From a virus, in the IMG/VR virus record IMGVR_UViG_3300045988_174992: a DNA stretch of 64,000 nucleotides; one strand, written 5' to 3'. Below, one piece after another: positions 25,460-34,072 of this stretch (positions within the stretch are counted from its first letter, which is position 1; the number at the start of each line of letters is the position of its first letter). The position numbers and the translations under genes are program-made. The notes under the pieces are model-generated. The model ran no database searches and had not been told where the DNA came from. It was given only the letters and a program-made list of their open reading frames with translations.

Positions 25460-26572
25460 TTATAAATTATTAATATTAATATAGAAACATCTATCACATG
25501 ATTTCATATTATATGAATTCATATCATATTGTTCCTTTGTTATGGCAAATTGACATCTTGCTTTTGGTGACATCATTTCCCATAAAGTTGCATGATTTAT
25601 GAAGTCTAAATCTTCAAAATAAGGAACAACCACATATTCTGATGACAACATAGTGAAATGTGTATTTCTATCAGTTGGTAATTTGATGAAAACAACATTT
25701 GAATTGAATTTCTTTTTCAAATCTTCCATAGCACCACTGTTGTTTGGATCTGTATAATACACAATAACTACATCGGCATAGTCATAATTGATATATGAAA
25801 TGACATCATCCACTTTATACCCTTCATCAGTCAATCTATAAGGAATATAATAAATAGAATAAGTACCTGTATCAAGACTATTAACTGTTTTAATAGTATC
25901 TTTCAATCCAAAATCTGTCATATAATCAAAATATTTCAGATTACGGTCAACCATCATATAATAAGGGTATATTGAACAATTTGGTAATGAAAATTTCTTT
26001 AATTGTGTTGGACTTTCTACAATTGACCAATCAGAAAGTTGAAACAATTTAGTATTCAAAATGTCATATCCCTCTAAGAAATTTCTTGTATGTTCATTAT
26101 CAATCTTACAAACTGGGCACCAGAAAACCTTTTCAAGTCTTCTAAACCAATATTGATCGCACAATAGATTTCCTAAGAATTGACTTTCAAATATTACAAT
26201 ATTAAAATCATTACCATTATCTGGATTGTTTATAAGTTCAAACAATTCCATTTCCATCTTACCCACAACATCATAATCACTTCTTTGTTCACCTGCATGC
26301 TTACCAAAATTATCTGACCAAATGATTTTAATGTTATCATTGTCTTTTATCCAACTATCAACAATATCATGTGATTCATTATTTTTTGGAAGCAATATTG
26401 TTAAACTTTTGAAATTCTTATGATGTTCAAAAAATGTAATGAAACGTACTACATTTCCATCACTATCTAAATTATACTTATTAGTCTCTCTATTAATAGA
26501 AGATATAATAGGTATGTACAAGATATTCTTATCTTGCATGTGATCGTCTACAAATTTCTTATCTATTGTCAT
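25460..26572 (-). CDS. hypothetical protein (370 aa), possible second glycosyltransferase
   Basis: The start ATG at 26572 overlaps the upstream stop (ATGACAATAGATAA). The operon position suggests a role in the sugar pathway, but no firm motif was found. Confidence 0.3.
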   Translation of the reverse strand: MTIDKKFVDDHMQDKNILYIPIISSINRETNKYNLDSDGNVVRFITFFEHHKNFKSLTILLPKNNESHDIVDSWIKDNDNIKIIWSDNFGKHAGEQRSDYDVVGKMEMELFELINNPDNGNDFNIVIFESQFLGNLLCDQYWFRRLEKVFWCPVCKIDNEHTRNFLEGYDILNTKLFQLSDWSIVESPTQLKKFSLPNCSIYPYYMMVDRNLKYFDYMTDFGLKDTIKTVNSLDTGTYSIYYIPYRLTDEGYKVDDVISYINYDYADVVIVYYTDPNNSGAMEDLKKKFNSNVVFIKLPTDRNTHFTMLSSEYVVVPYFEDLDFINHATLWEMMSPKARCQFAITKEQYDMNSYNMKSCDRCFYININNL

Positions 26573-26882
26573 GATCCTTTTCTTGCAATTTACATGATAC
26601 TTCATGAATAATATTGAATATGCTATCAATAAGATAGTCAAATTCTTCTTTATATTCACTACAAAGCCTTGAACCTTCTAATTGCTTATGTACATTTTTC
26701 ATTACATGATTCCATCTGTCTGGTTGTACAATAGGTTCACATGCTTTCTTCTTAACTCTTCCTATCAATATAGCATTATTCATTCTAGAAATCAAGAGGT
26801 TAACCAATGATCGGTCACCTCTTGTAATTTCTGCTCTACATGATTTGAGAAGTTTCAAATCCGAGTTAGTTATGTTAGTCAT
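26559..26882 (-). CDS. hypothetical protein (107 aa), translationally coupled to the U32-family gene
   Basis: The start ATG at 26882 overlaps the upstream stop (ATGACTAA). The longer track ORF 26559-27014 overlaps the U32 gene and is not credible. Confidence 0.5.
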   Translation of the reverse strand: MTNITNSDLKLLKSCRAEITRGDRSLVNLLISRMNNAILIGRVKKKACEPIVQPDRWNHVMKNVHKQLEGSRLCSEYKEEFDYLIDSIFNIIHEVSCKLQEKDHDNR

Positions 26883-28020
26883 ACAAATTATGTTCTTTAG
26901 CAAATTGTTCACAATAACGACAAGAATAACCACATTCATGGTTTTCACATTCCCATCCATTTCCATCCATCCACTTATTGATGAATCCATCAAGTTTCTT
27001 ATTTGGAATATCAATATCTGTTTTAGACTTCAATTCTGTCTTACCATCATAAATCGAGGAAAGAGGTTTCCATAATCCGAGAAGATTTCCATCATAAGTT
27101 TCTGACATATAAGCATTCATTATATATTCAAGATACTCAGTTGTTCCTGTTCTTCCTGATAACTTAAAATAATTTACTCCTGTTTTTTCTCGATAAATTT
27201 TCTGATCCTCTGGTCTAATCCATCGCATTCTTAGCCAAGCTTCTGGAGTAGATGAACGTGCAGACATACAATAACCCATTGGATAATTATTGTAAGACAT
27301 ACTATCCTCTTTTGTTTTGTTACATGCATGACAAAGATAACAAGAATCTCTGAATACACAATGAGTAGCATAATGATTTCCATTTGCATCTACTCCGGCA
27401 ACACCACAAAATTCATTTGCCATACATTCTAATATGCAACCATTTCTATCACAATAATCTTGTGCTTTAATCAAAAATTCCTTATTACGATTCTTAAGAA
27501 TTGAATTACAGAACTTATTTACTCCAAATGTTTCATGATAATACTTCAACTGGGTTACAGTATCAATATGAGAAATACATGACATCTCAATTTCAATATC
27601 CGATACTTCTCTAATAAAAAGCAACATCATTGGATTTGCCACAGTAATACGTACTACACCAATATTTTCAAGCCATTTTACAAGATCCTGAATATCCTTC
27701 TTATGATTCAACATCTCTATCTTTGAACCATAAGGTTGAATTGAATTCATTGTATAGTTGAATGCAATATTGTTATTCTTCAACTTCTTTACATAATTTG
27801 CAAAGAATTCTTTATCAATATCTGGCAATCTCCAACCTGGTCTTGCAGTTACTGCTTCATTACTTGCATCAGATCCAAAAAATTCTACAATCTGTGACTT
27901 ACCCTTATATTTCTTATTCAACTCTACAGCAACATCAATCAATTTAGGATCGAAATTACAACCTACTTTATAAAAGTTCATGTTCTTGTTACTGTAATCA
28001 AAATTAGGTTTCCAACTCAT
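26875..28020 (-). CDS. peptidase-U32-family Fe-S enzyme (RlhA/TrhP/UbiU-like)
   Basis: Blocks VRITVANPMMLLFIRE, IEMSCISHIDTVTQLKYY and NYFKLSGRTGTTEYLEYIMNAY match the U32 pattern as I recall it from E. coli YegQ (...DALIMSDPGLIMLVRE, IHLSVQANAVN, LKIEGRTKS.YY). It also has the Cys cluster ECMANEFCGV...HCVFRDSCYLCHAC and a C-terminal CENHECGYSCRYC. Confidence 0.6.
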   Translation of the reverse strand: MSWKPNFDYSNKNMNFYKVGCNFDPKLIDVAVELNKKYKGKSQIVEFFGSDASNEAVTARPGWRLPDIDKEFFANYVKKLKNNNIAFNYTMNSIQPYGSKIEMLNHKKDIQDLVKWLENIGVVRITVANPMMLLFIREVSDIEIEMSCISHIDTVTQLKYYHETFGVNKFCNSILKNRNKEFLIKAQDYCDRNGCILECMANEFCGVAGVDANGNHYATHCVFRDSCYLCHACNKTKEDSMSYNNYPMGYCMSARSSTPEAWLRMRWIRPEDQKIYREKTGVNYFKLSGRTGTTEYLEYIMNAYMSETYDGNLLGLWKPLSSIYDGKTELKSKTDIDIPNKKLDGFINKWMDGNGWECENHECGYSCRYCEQFAKEHNLYD

Positions 28021-28054
28021 ATTTACTTCTTTCTTTTTAATTAAACTTATTAAT

Positions 28055-28089
28055 GATAATATAGTAATTAGACTAAAACAGGTTCAAAC
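28055..28089 (-). promoter_or_regulatory. Bacteroides-type -33/-7 promoter of the U32/glycosyltransferase operon
   Basis: Minus strand reads AGTTTGAACCTGTTTTAGTCTAATTACTATATTATC (21-nt spacer). The -33 box lies in the loop of the upstream hairpin. Confidence 0.45.
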
Positions 28090-28106
28090 TATTGTCTGAA
28101 CCTGTT
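28077..28106 (-). terminator. hairpin at the end of gene 28089-28337
   Basis: 10-bp stem AACAGGTTCA/TGAACCTGTT, followed by TTTTAG on the minus strand. Confidence 0.45.
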
Positions 28107-28337
28107 ATTAAAATCTTGCATATTCATTGCTAATACTTCTGCTGTCTTAGTAGATTGCATTATGTAAACTGCTTTACCAGAAAATGCATCTGCTGCTACT
28201 GTTTTCAGGTGCCAAATTACCCCAGTTTCTATTTCAGTATAATTTGGACATGTCTGATGATATATCCATAATGAAATTAAACTAATAAAACACGCACCTA
28301 ACAGTATTCCTAATAAGATTAATCCAACTTCTGCCAT
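28089..28337 (-). CDS. small membrane protein (82 aa, N-terminal TM)
   Basis: ORF beginning MAEVGLILLGILLGACFISLISLWIY... Confidence 0.5.
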   Translation of the reverse strand: MAEVGLILLGILLGACFISLISLWIYHQTCPNYTEIETGVIWHLKTVAADAFSGKAVYIMQSTKTAEVLAMNMQDFNNRFRQ

Positions 28338-28342
28338 ATATA

Positions 28343-28852
28343 TTAATTAAATGTAAATTCCATTTCATAATAAGGATAGAATTTTTCTGACAATGACATT
28401 CCATTTCCTTCTTTAATAGACATTCTCTTACCACTAAGTCTCTTATAAAGTACTCTACCATCATTAAGGTGAACAGTAACATCAGTATAGTGATTCCATA
28501 TCTTACCATTAAGTATTGAATGGAATTTTACCTCTTTTACAGTTCCATAAGTAGTCTTTGACAACTTAACATCAGTATTGATTGTAGAATCACCTGTAAG
28601 TGAATATTCAACTACTGTCATTGTACCATTCTTATGTACATACTCATTTCTAATGAATGAAGTAGGTGTTATACAGCAGAAGTAAATTCCTACTAAACAT
28701 ACAATGATAATAGCTAAACTTCCAAAGAAACCTTTCTTATCATATCTGATATCATTCACAATATCAAAATTGCTTTCACTAAATGTTGAGTAAATGCAAT
28801 ATCCAAAGAACAAGCAAACTGATAACAATATTAAAATAATATCAATAACCAT
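28343..28852 (-). CDS. membrane protein (~169 aa, 2 TM plus a soluble domain)
   Basis: The track ORF begins at a TTG (28861). The ATG at 28852 (MVIDIILILL...) is the likely start. It lies behind the promoter motif at 28881-28910. Confidence 0.55.
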   Translation of the reverse strand: MVIDIILILLSVCLFFGYCIYSTFSESNFDIVNDIRYDKKGFFGSLAIIIVCLVGIYFCCITPTSFIRNEYVHKNGTMTVVEYSLTGDSTINTDVKLSKTTYGTVKEVKFHSILNGKIWNHYTDVTVHLNDGRVLYKRLSGKRMSIKEGNGMSLSEKFYPYYEMEFTFN

Positions 28853-28880
28853 AATAATCAAATTTTTAAATTAACATTAT

Positions 28881-28910
28881 TAATATAGAATCTTTATAGA
28901 AAATTTCAAT
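28881..28910 (-). promoter_or_regulatory. Bacteroides-type -33/-7 promoter (phage promoter family)
   Basis: Minus strand reads ATTGAAATTTTCTATAAAGATTCTATATTA. Confidence 0.4.
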
Positions 28911-29199
28911 TTAATTGCATCTTTTTACTTAAAATTCTCTGATAGATACTATACCTTACTTCTATACTAGCTAAGTTTAATTTTATATTTGATTCACGTT
29001 CTGATGCAGACAATGGCCTTTCTGATATGTATGGCACAGTCAAGTCATAATCAAATGTATACCAAGTCTTCCAAAGAAACTTGTGCTTCTTCTTATATAT
29101 AGCCCATTTGATATATACAGTAGTTTCTTCTGTTGGAGGAAACCCTACTTTTATATTTACTGGTCTACTATCTCTTTCTATTTCTACTATTCTACTCAT
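28906..29199 (-). CDS. hypothetical protein (~97 aa)
   Basis: The ATG at 29199 (MSRIVEIERD...) lies just downstream of the promoter motif. The track N-terminal extension overlaps that motif. Confidence 0.5.
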   Translation of the reverse strand: MSRIVEIERDSRPVNIKVGFPPTEETTVYIKWAIYKKKHKFLWKTWYTFDYDLTVPYISERPLSASERESNIKLNLASIEVRYSIYQRILSKKMQLN

Positions 29200-29203
29200 A
29201 TTT

Positions 29204-29238
29204 ATAATATAGTAAAGTATGTATAAACTTTTCAAAAG
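29204..29238 (-). promoter_or_regulatory. Bacteroides-type -33/-7 promoter in the divergent region
   Basis: Minus strand reads CTTTTGAAAAGTTTATACATACTTTACTATATTAT. Confidence 0.4.
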
Positions 29239-29267
29239 TATTTTTACATATATAAGATTTATTCAAT

Positions 29268-30341
29268 TTGAAAATGAAGTACAATGGAACAAACTACATT
29301 ACTGAACTGAAATCTATAGAATATATAGTAGAGAAGAACAGTAACAGTAAAGTAGAAAATCATACACAATTTACTAAGCTTAAGAAAGTAGAAAGAATAA
29401 TATTGATAGGTGAACTTTACTTGAATTCAGTAAAGATGCTTAAGAGAGATAAGATAAAAGTAGAATATGCAGATCCAACTAAGCTCAATTTTTCTTTCAA
29501 AGATGATAAGGTACATATATACAGTGGAGAGAAAGATTTACCTGATATAGTACTTACTAAAGCAGATTCTAAGAATACCATAGTATTGATGCGTAGTGGA
29601 TATACTAAGGAAGTGATAGCAGCTTTACTTGATGCCATCCAAGAATTAGATATACTGATATTGAACAACCAAGAAGCAGTAGCTATGTCATCTGACAAAT
29701 ATGCAACTGCATGTTTCTTGACAAAATCAGAACTTCCACAGCCAAAGTATGTACTTGCAACTTCTAGTGATATAGATAAAGAAGATCATAAGAAGCTAGA
29801 TGAAAAGCTAAAGCAACTCTATGGTAAGCTGGATGACGAATTAAAGTATGTTTGCAAGATATTGAATGGTCATGGTGGTAAAGGTGTATTTTGCTGTCGC
29901 GGAAAAAACATTGTATCTATATTGCAATGTTTGTTCAAACTGAAAGAAAACTGCCCTATACTCATACAAGACTTTCAAGAAATAAAAGATGGTGATATCA
30001 GAGCTCATGTACTTACATTGAATGGAAAGCAAAAGATATTGTCTTCTATCATGAGAAAGAAGGGAAAGGATTTCCGAACTAATCTCAGTCTTGGGTGTGA
30101 TATGGAAGATAATTACAAGATGACTCCAGAACAAGAAAAACTAGCTTTAGATGCTGCTAAAGCATCTGGATTGGAATGGTGTGGTGTAGATATGCTGCCA
30201 TTACAGAATGGAAATACTATAATAGTAGAATTGAATGGTGCACCAGGACCAAGTTCACCTATCAATGATCCTAACATAGAAGAAAATAATTTTAAGTTCT
30301 TCGAAAAGCTAGTAGAAGCTATAAATGAACTTTGTAAATAA
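29268..30341 (+). CDS. RimK-family ATP-grasp ligase (paralog 1)
   Basis: KILNGHGGKGVFCC, IQDFQEIKDGDIRAHVL, DFRTNLSLGC and GVDMLPLQNGNTIIVELNGAPG match the RimK pattern (GS.G.GV, iQeyi...g.DiR, fRsN...GG, GVD......V.EvN.sPG). Confidence 0.8.
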   Translation: MKMKYNGTNYITELKSIEYIVEKNSNSKVENHTQFTKLKKVERIILIGELYLNSVKMLKRDKIKVEYADPTKLNFSFKDDKVHIYSGEKDLPDIVLTKADSKNTIVLMRSGYTKEVIAALLDAIQELDILILNNQEAVAMSSDKYATACFLTKSELPQPKYVLATSSDIDKEDHKKLDEKLKQLYGKLDDELKYVCKILNGHGGKGVFCCRGKNIVSILQCLFKLKENCPILIQDFQEIKDGDIRAHVLTLNGKQKILSSIMRKKGKDFRTNLSLGCDMEDNYKMTPEQEKLALDAAKASGLEWCGVDMLPLQNGNTIIVELNGAPGPSSPINDPNIEENNFKFFEKLVEAINELCK

Positions 30342-32091
30342 AATGGAAAAGGAATATAAGAATATAGAAAATGCAAACATAAATGAAGCAATGGCGCTTC
30401 TGAAAAATGATACCAAGTTAGAGATAAAGAATGTAATATGCTTCTATGTTGGAGAAAATAAAGTAAAGAGCTATGATGAGGCAGTAAAAGAAAAAGAAGA
30501 AGATTGGTCTTATCAAGACTATTTGACTATTTGCTGTCATAAGAGAAAGCTGAATCTTGTATGGTTGAATAAAGCTACGGTACGATTTACCTATTCTAAT
30601 CATATCATATCTATAGATGATGATATAACAGATATGCATTTCTCATTGAAGCATTCTAATATTCATGATACTATCATATTTCAAGGTCAGGCCAATGATG
30701 ACAATAAGAAAAACTATATTGGATTGATGAGAGCATTTGAATATGAAGGTTTCTTCATGCTGAATACTATAGATGAAATCATCATAGCATCTGACAAGTA
30801 TCTTGCATCTAACTTGCTAGCCAAAGAGAATATTCCACAACCTGGATATGTATTGATAACAAAAGAATTGATGGAAGACTTGAATACTGAATGCCATGAT
30901 ACTAGAGAAAGTTTCTGGAAGATGCTTGATTCTATTTATAAAGATAATGAGAACATAAATGAACTGAAAGAAAACAGGCAATATGTAGTAAAGATATTGA
31001 ATGGCAGTCTTGGTATTGGTGTATTCATTTGTAATCATGATGAAATAGAAGGAATACTGCAAGCAATGTTTACTGTTGACAAAGAAGCAGAATTCATCAT
31101 ACAAGAATATAAAGAGAATACTGGAGACATTCGTGTACATGCATTTTCTGTTGATGGTGCCAATTATGAGATACTTGCTTGCATGAAACGTGATAAGATA
31201 AGTGGTGACTTCAGAAGCAATGTTTCATTAGGAGCTAAGACTGAAGAATATCAGATGACAGACAAACAAAAAGAAATTGCATTGAAGGTCGCTAAGCTTT
31301 CTGGATGCAGATGGGTTGGTATTGACTTGATGGCTTGTACTGATGGAGACTTTGTTATAGAATACAATTCAAGTCCTGGTGTTCAAGGAATATCCCAACA
31401 AATCAAGCATAACATGTTTGATATTGTGATAGATAAGATAGAAGCATACATGAAGAATAATGCTATATATTATACTGATGACTTTGAATTTGGTCAAGAC
31501 AAAGGCAGATGCTTTACATCATACAATAAAGACACTATTCTTGAACTTTGGGAGCATGATTGGTCATTCATATCTAGCAAGAGACAAGAAGTAATGTACA
31601 ACTGCTTACTTATGCAACCAGGTCTTTTCTATAAGATACATGGTAAAGACAAACCAGAATATGGATTAGATTGCTCTGGATACATCAAATATGTAATGAA
31701 GAAGGCATTGAATGTAAAGACACCTAACATGTGTGTTGACTTCTTCACTATATTTACTGATAATGATTGGGAAAGAATATCTGTTGATGATCTTAAGCCT
31801 GGTGATATAGGTGTAAAGAATGAATCTACTATATTGAATCACTGTGGTATATATGCAGGTGCAGGAAAATGGTTTGATACTTCTTATCTTTATGGAGTAC
31901 AATTATCTGACTATTCACACTTCAAATACTTCTTTAGAATAAAGAATATAGATACTGATGCTTTGGGAGAAAAGACTGATCATTTAGTAAGAAAACTCAT
32001 TTCTTCTGGTGTATTGCCAAGACCAGAAGATGAAATAACTGTTGCTCCATCCACTATTGGTGACCCATTAGTAGTATCAATAGATTCATAG
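30325..32091 (+). CDS. RimK-family ATP-grasp ligase (paralog 2) fused to a C-terminal NlpC/P60 cysteine peptidase
   Basis: ATP-grasp blocks: KILNGSLGIGVFIC, IIQEYKENTGDIRVHAF, DFRSNVSLGA and GIDLMACTDGDFVIEYNSSPG. NlpC/P60 blocks: YGLDCSGYIKYVM...LKPGDIG...NHCGIYAG. The start may be the ATG at 30343. Confidence 0.8.
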   Translation: MNFVNKMEKEYKNIENANINEAMALLKNDTKLEIKNVICFYVGENKVKSYDEAVKEKEEDWSYQDYLTICCHKRKLNLVWLNKATVRFTYSNHIISIDDDITDMHFSLKHSNIHDTIIFQGQANDDNKKNYIGLMRAFEYEGFFMLNTIDEIIIASDKYLASNLLAKENIPQPGYVLITKELMEDLNTECHDTRESFWKMLDSIYKDNENINELKENRQYVVKILNGSLGIGVFICNHDEIEGILQAMFTVDKEAEFIIQEYKENTGDIRVHAFSVDGANYEILACMKRDKISGDFRSNVSLGAKTEEYQMTDKQKEIALKVAKLSGCRWVGIDLMACTDGDFVIEYNSSPGVQGISQQIKHNMFDIVIDKIEAYMKNNAIYYTDDFEFGQDKGRCFTSYNKDTILELWEHDWSFISSKRQEVMYNCLLMQPGLFYKIHGKDKPEYGLDCSGYIKYVMKKALNVKTPNMCVDFFTIFTDNDWERISVDDLKPGDIGVKNESTILNHCGIYAGAGKWFDTSYLYGVQLSDYSHFKYFFRIKNIDTDALGEKTDHLVRKLISSGVLPRPEDEITVAPSTIGDPLVVSIDS

Positions 32092-32128
32092 ATTCACTAG
32101 GAAAGTACCTAGAATGTTTAGGAAGTGG

Positions 32129-32170
32129 AAAATGCTTCAGACTTAAGTCTGAAGCATTTTTTGTTTTTTT
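32129..32170 (+). terminator. strong rho-independent terminator
   Basis: 14-bp stem AAAATGCTTCAGAC-TTAA-GTCTGAAGCATTTT followed by TTGTTTTTTT. Confidence 0.85.
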
Positions 32171-32233
32171 CTAGTTAACTCTTAAAAGATATTCAATTGA
32201 TGATATTTTTACTTAAGCATATATCTAACTTAC

Positions 32234-34069
32234 ATGAAAAGCAACACAATCATAATAAATGGAGACAAATATTTAGTGGAAATGATTGATTCTGATATAA
32301 TTTCTACTAAACAGTATGTTGCATTCAGAAATAATGATGTCATAAATGACATGACTGTAGATACAGATATATACTTAGCTCCAATAGATAGGGATATCCC
32401 TATTATATGGCCATCTACTAACACAACGGGAATTCCATTGATGTCAACAAATTCTGATGCATTTTCAGAATCTATTAAAAATGAATATGATAATCCAACG
32501 CCAGCAAGAATTATTCCTAAATATTATTCTACATGGCGTTGGCGTAGATATTCATTCAGCATATTGCTTGATGAAGATCTATATATAAAGAATGTTAAAA
32601 CAATAAAGCTTAGAATATGGCACCCAACAACTGATTTGAATCGTGATATGATATTGTATGTTGATAGTTGGGTAAATTCTTTACATATCCATTGGTATTG
32701 CGATATAATACAACGTGAAGATAAGCATACAGGTAAAGAAAGACGACTAAATCAAGATATATACAATGAGTATTTTGAGGTAGAAATTCCTGACTTTAGA
32801 GACGTCTTATATGGGTCTACATATATAGAAGAACCATCATTGATATTTAGAAATGAATATTCTAAAAATAAGATAAAATATGCTGAAGAACTTATTCCAG
32901 TTAGAGCCATCCATAAAGATACAGATTATAAAGTATATGAAGAGTTAGAAGAACCAGAAGATGGATGTATTCAATTGGCAGATATGAACTTACTGTTGCA
33001 TTATTGGAAATATCATAAGGAAGATGATGGAACAGAAATGAAGGAGTATGTTGAAAATCCATACTCTATTCCTGAAATGATTTCACTAAATGTAACTTTA
33101 TATCCATGGAAATCAATATCGGATAATGGAATATTTACTATAAACAAATATGCTAAACCTGCTTCTTGCTATTTTGTTGATGACTTTAAAATGTCAATAA
33201 AAGCATCATTTGAATTCATAAATGGTACAATATCAGTAGTTGGTAGATTTTGCTATCCAGAATCATTTTCTTCTATAGAATCTGCTTGGCAAAGAATATA
33301 TAGTACTGACTTTTCTAAATATAAGTCATTATCAGAAAAGGCCAAAGATTATGAAGATTTGAAAGAAATTTTGGGTGATAGCTTAGAAATGGTAAAATAC
33401 ACATGTATTGTTTCTTCTGACTATCTATCAAAAAACATAATACATGAAGAAATATCATATTCTGATAGGGTTGATGACTTTTCGTTTCCTATGAAAGACC
33501 TGTTTTCTAAATGGTCACAAGTACCAGATAATGTTTATGTAAGACTCATAATGGAAGACAGAGCTATTGGTAAGAACTGTTCTTCTCCTACTGTATTATT
33601 TACCAAAGACAAATTGAAATATACAATAAATGAACAACAGTATACTAGATTGTCTATAAAGAAAAAAGAAACAGATATTGATGATATGAATAAAGAGAAT
33701 TTCAACTTCATAAGCAATATGAATTGTCGTATAGTAAAGAGTAATGATGACAAACAGCAAATACAAAAGAATTCTGTTCAACCAAGAATAATTTACAAAC
33801 CAATATTCTTTAAAGTTCAGGATTTGCAGAATATAGTATTGCGTTCAAACATGTCACAAAACATTGGAATATCATTATCTTCTTATGTAAACAAAGTAGA
33901 TGAATTCATATTGTCAATAGGAGAAAACAAGTGGCATGAAAGTTCAAGAACATCTTCATTTGTCATATTCAATGTAAATTCCAAACTTATAAAAGAAGCA
34001 ACTGGAAAATATGATATTCTTACTTCTGATAATGAATATCTGTCTACAGGAAATTATACCATAGAATAA
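32234..34069 (+). CDS. virion/baseplate-module protein of unknown function (611 aa)
   Basis: Large ORF immediately upstream of the gp25-like and J-like baseplate genes. Confidence 0.5.
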   Translation: MKSNTIIINGDKYLVEMIDSDIISTKQYVAFRNNDVINDMTVDTDIYLAPIDRDIPIIWPSTNTTGIPLMSTNSDAFSESIKNEYDNPTPARIIPKYYSTWRWRRYSFSILLDEDLYIKNVKTIKLRIWHPTTDLNRDMILYVDSWVNSLHIHWYCDIIQREDKHTGKERRLNQDIYNEYFEVEIPDFRDVLYGSTYIEEPSLIFRNEYSKNKIKYAEELIPVRAIHKDTDYKVYEELEEPEDGCIQLADMNLLLHYWKYHKEDDGTEMKEYVENPYSIPEMISLNVTLYPWKSISDNGIFTINKYAKPASCYFVDDFKMSIKASFEFINGTISVVGRFCYPESFSSIESAWQRIYSTDFSKYKSLSEKAKDYEDLKEILGDSLEMVKYTCIVSSDYLSKNIIHEEISYSDRVDDFSFPMKDLFSKWSQVPDNVYVRLIMEDRAIGKNCSSPTVLFTKDKLKYTINEQQYTRLSIKKKETDIDDMNKENFNFISNMNCRIVKSNDDKQQIQKNSVQPRIIYKPIFFKVQDLQNIVLRSNMSQNIGISLSSYVNKVDEFILSIGENKWHESSRTSSFVIFNVNSKLIKEATGKYDILTSDNEYLSTGNYTIE

Positions 34070-34072
34070 AAC

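Noticed and set aside
26559-27014. The 151-aa track ORF overlaps the 3' end of the U32-family gene.
   Set aside because: Its first 44 codons run through the U32 coding region in another frame. An internal ATG at 26882, overlapping the U32 stop (ATGACTAA), gives a cleaner 107-aa gene. Similar N-terminal trimming was applied to 3244-3717, 25460-26659, 28906-29235, 45205-45582 and 7484-7717.
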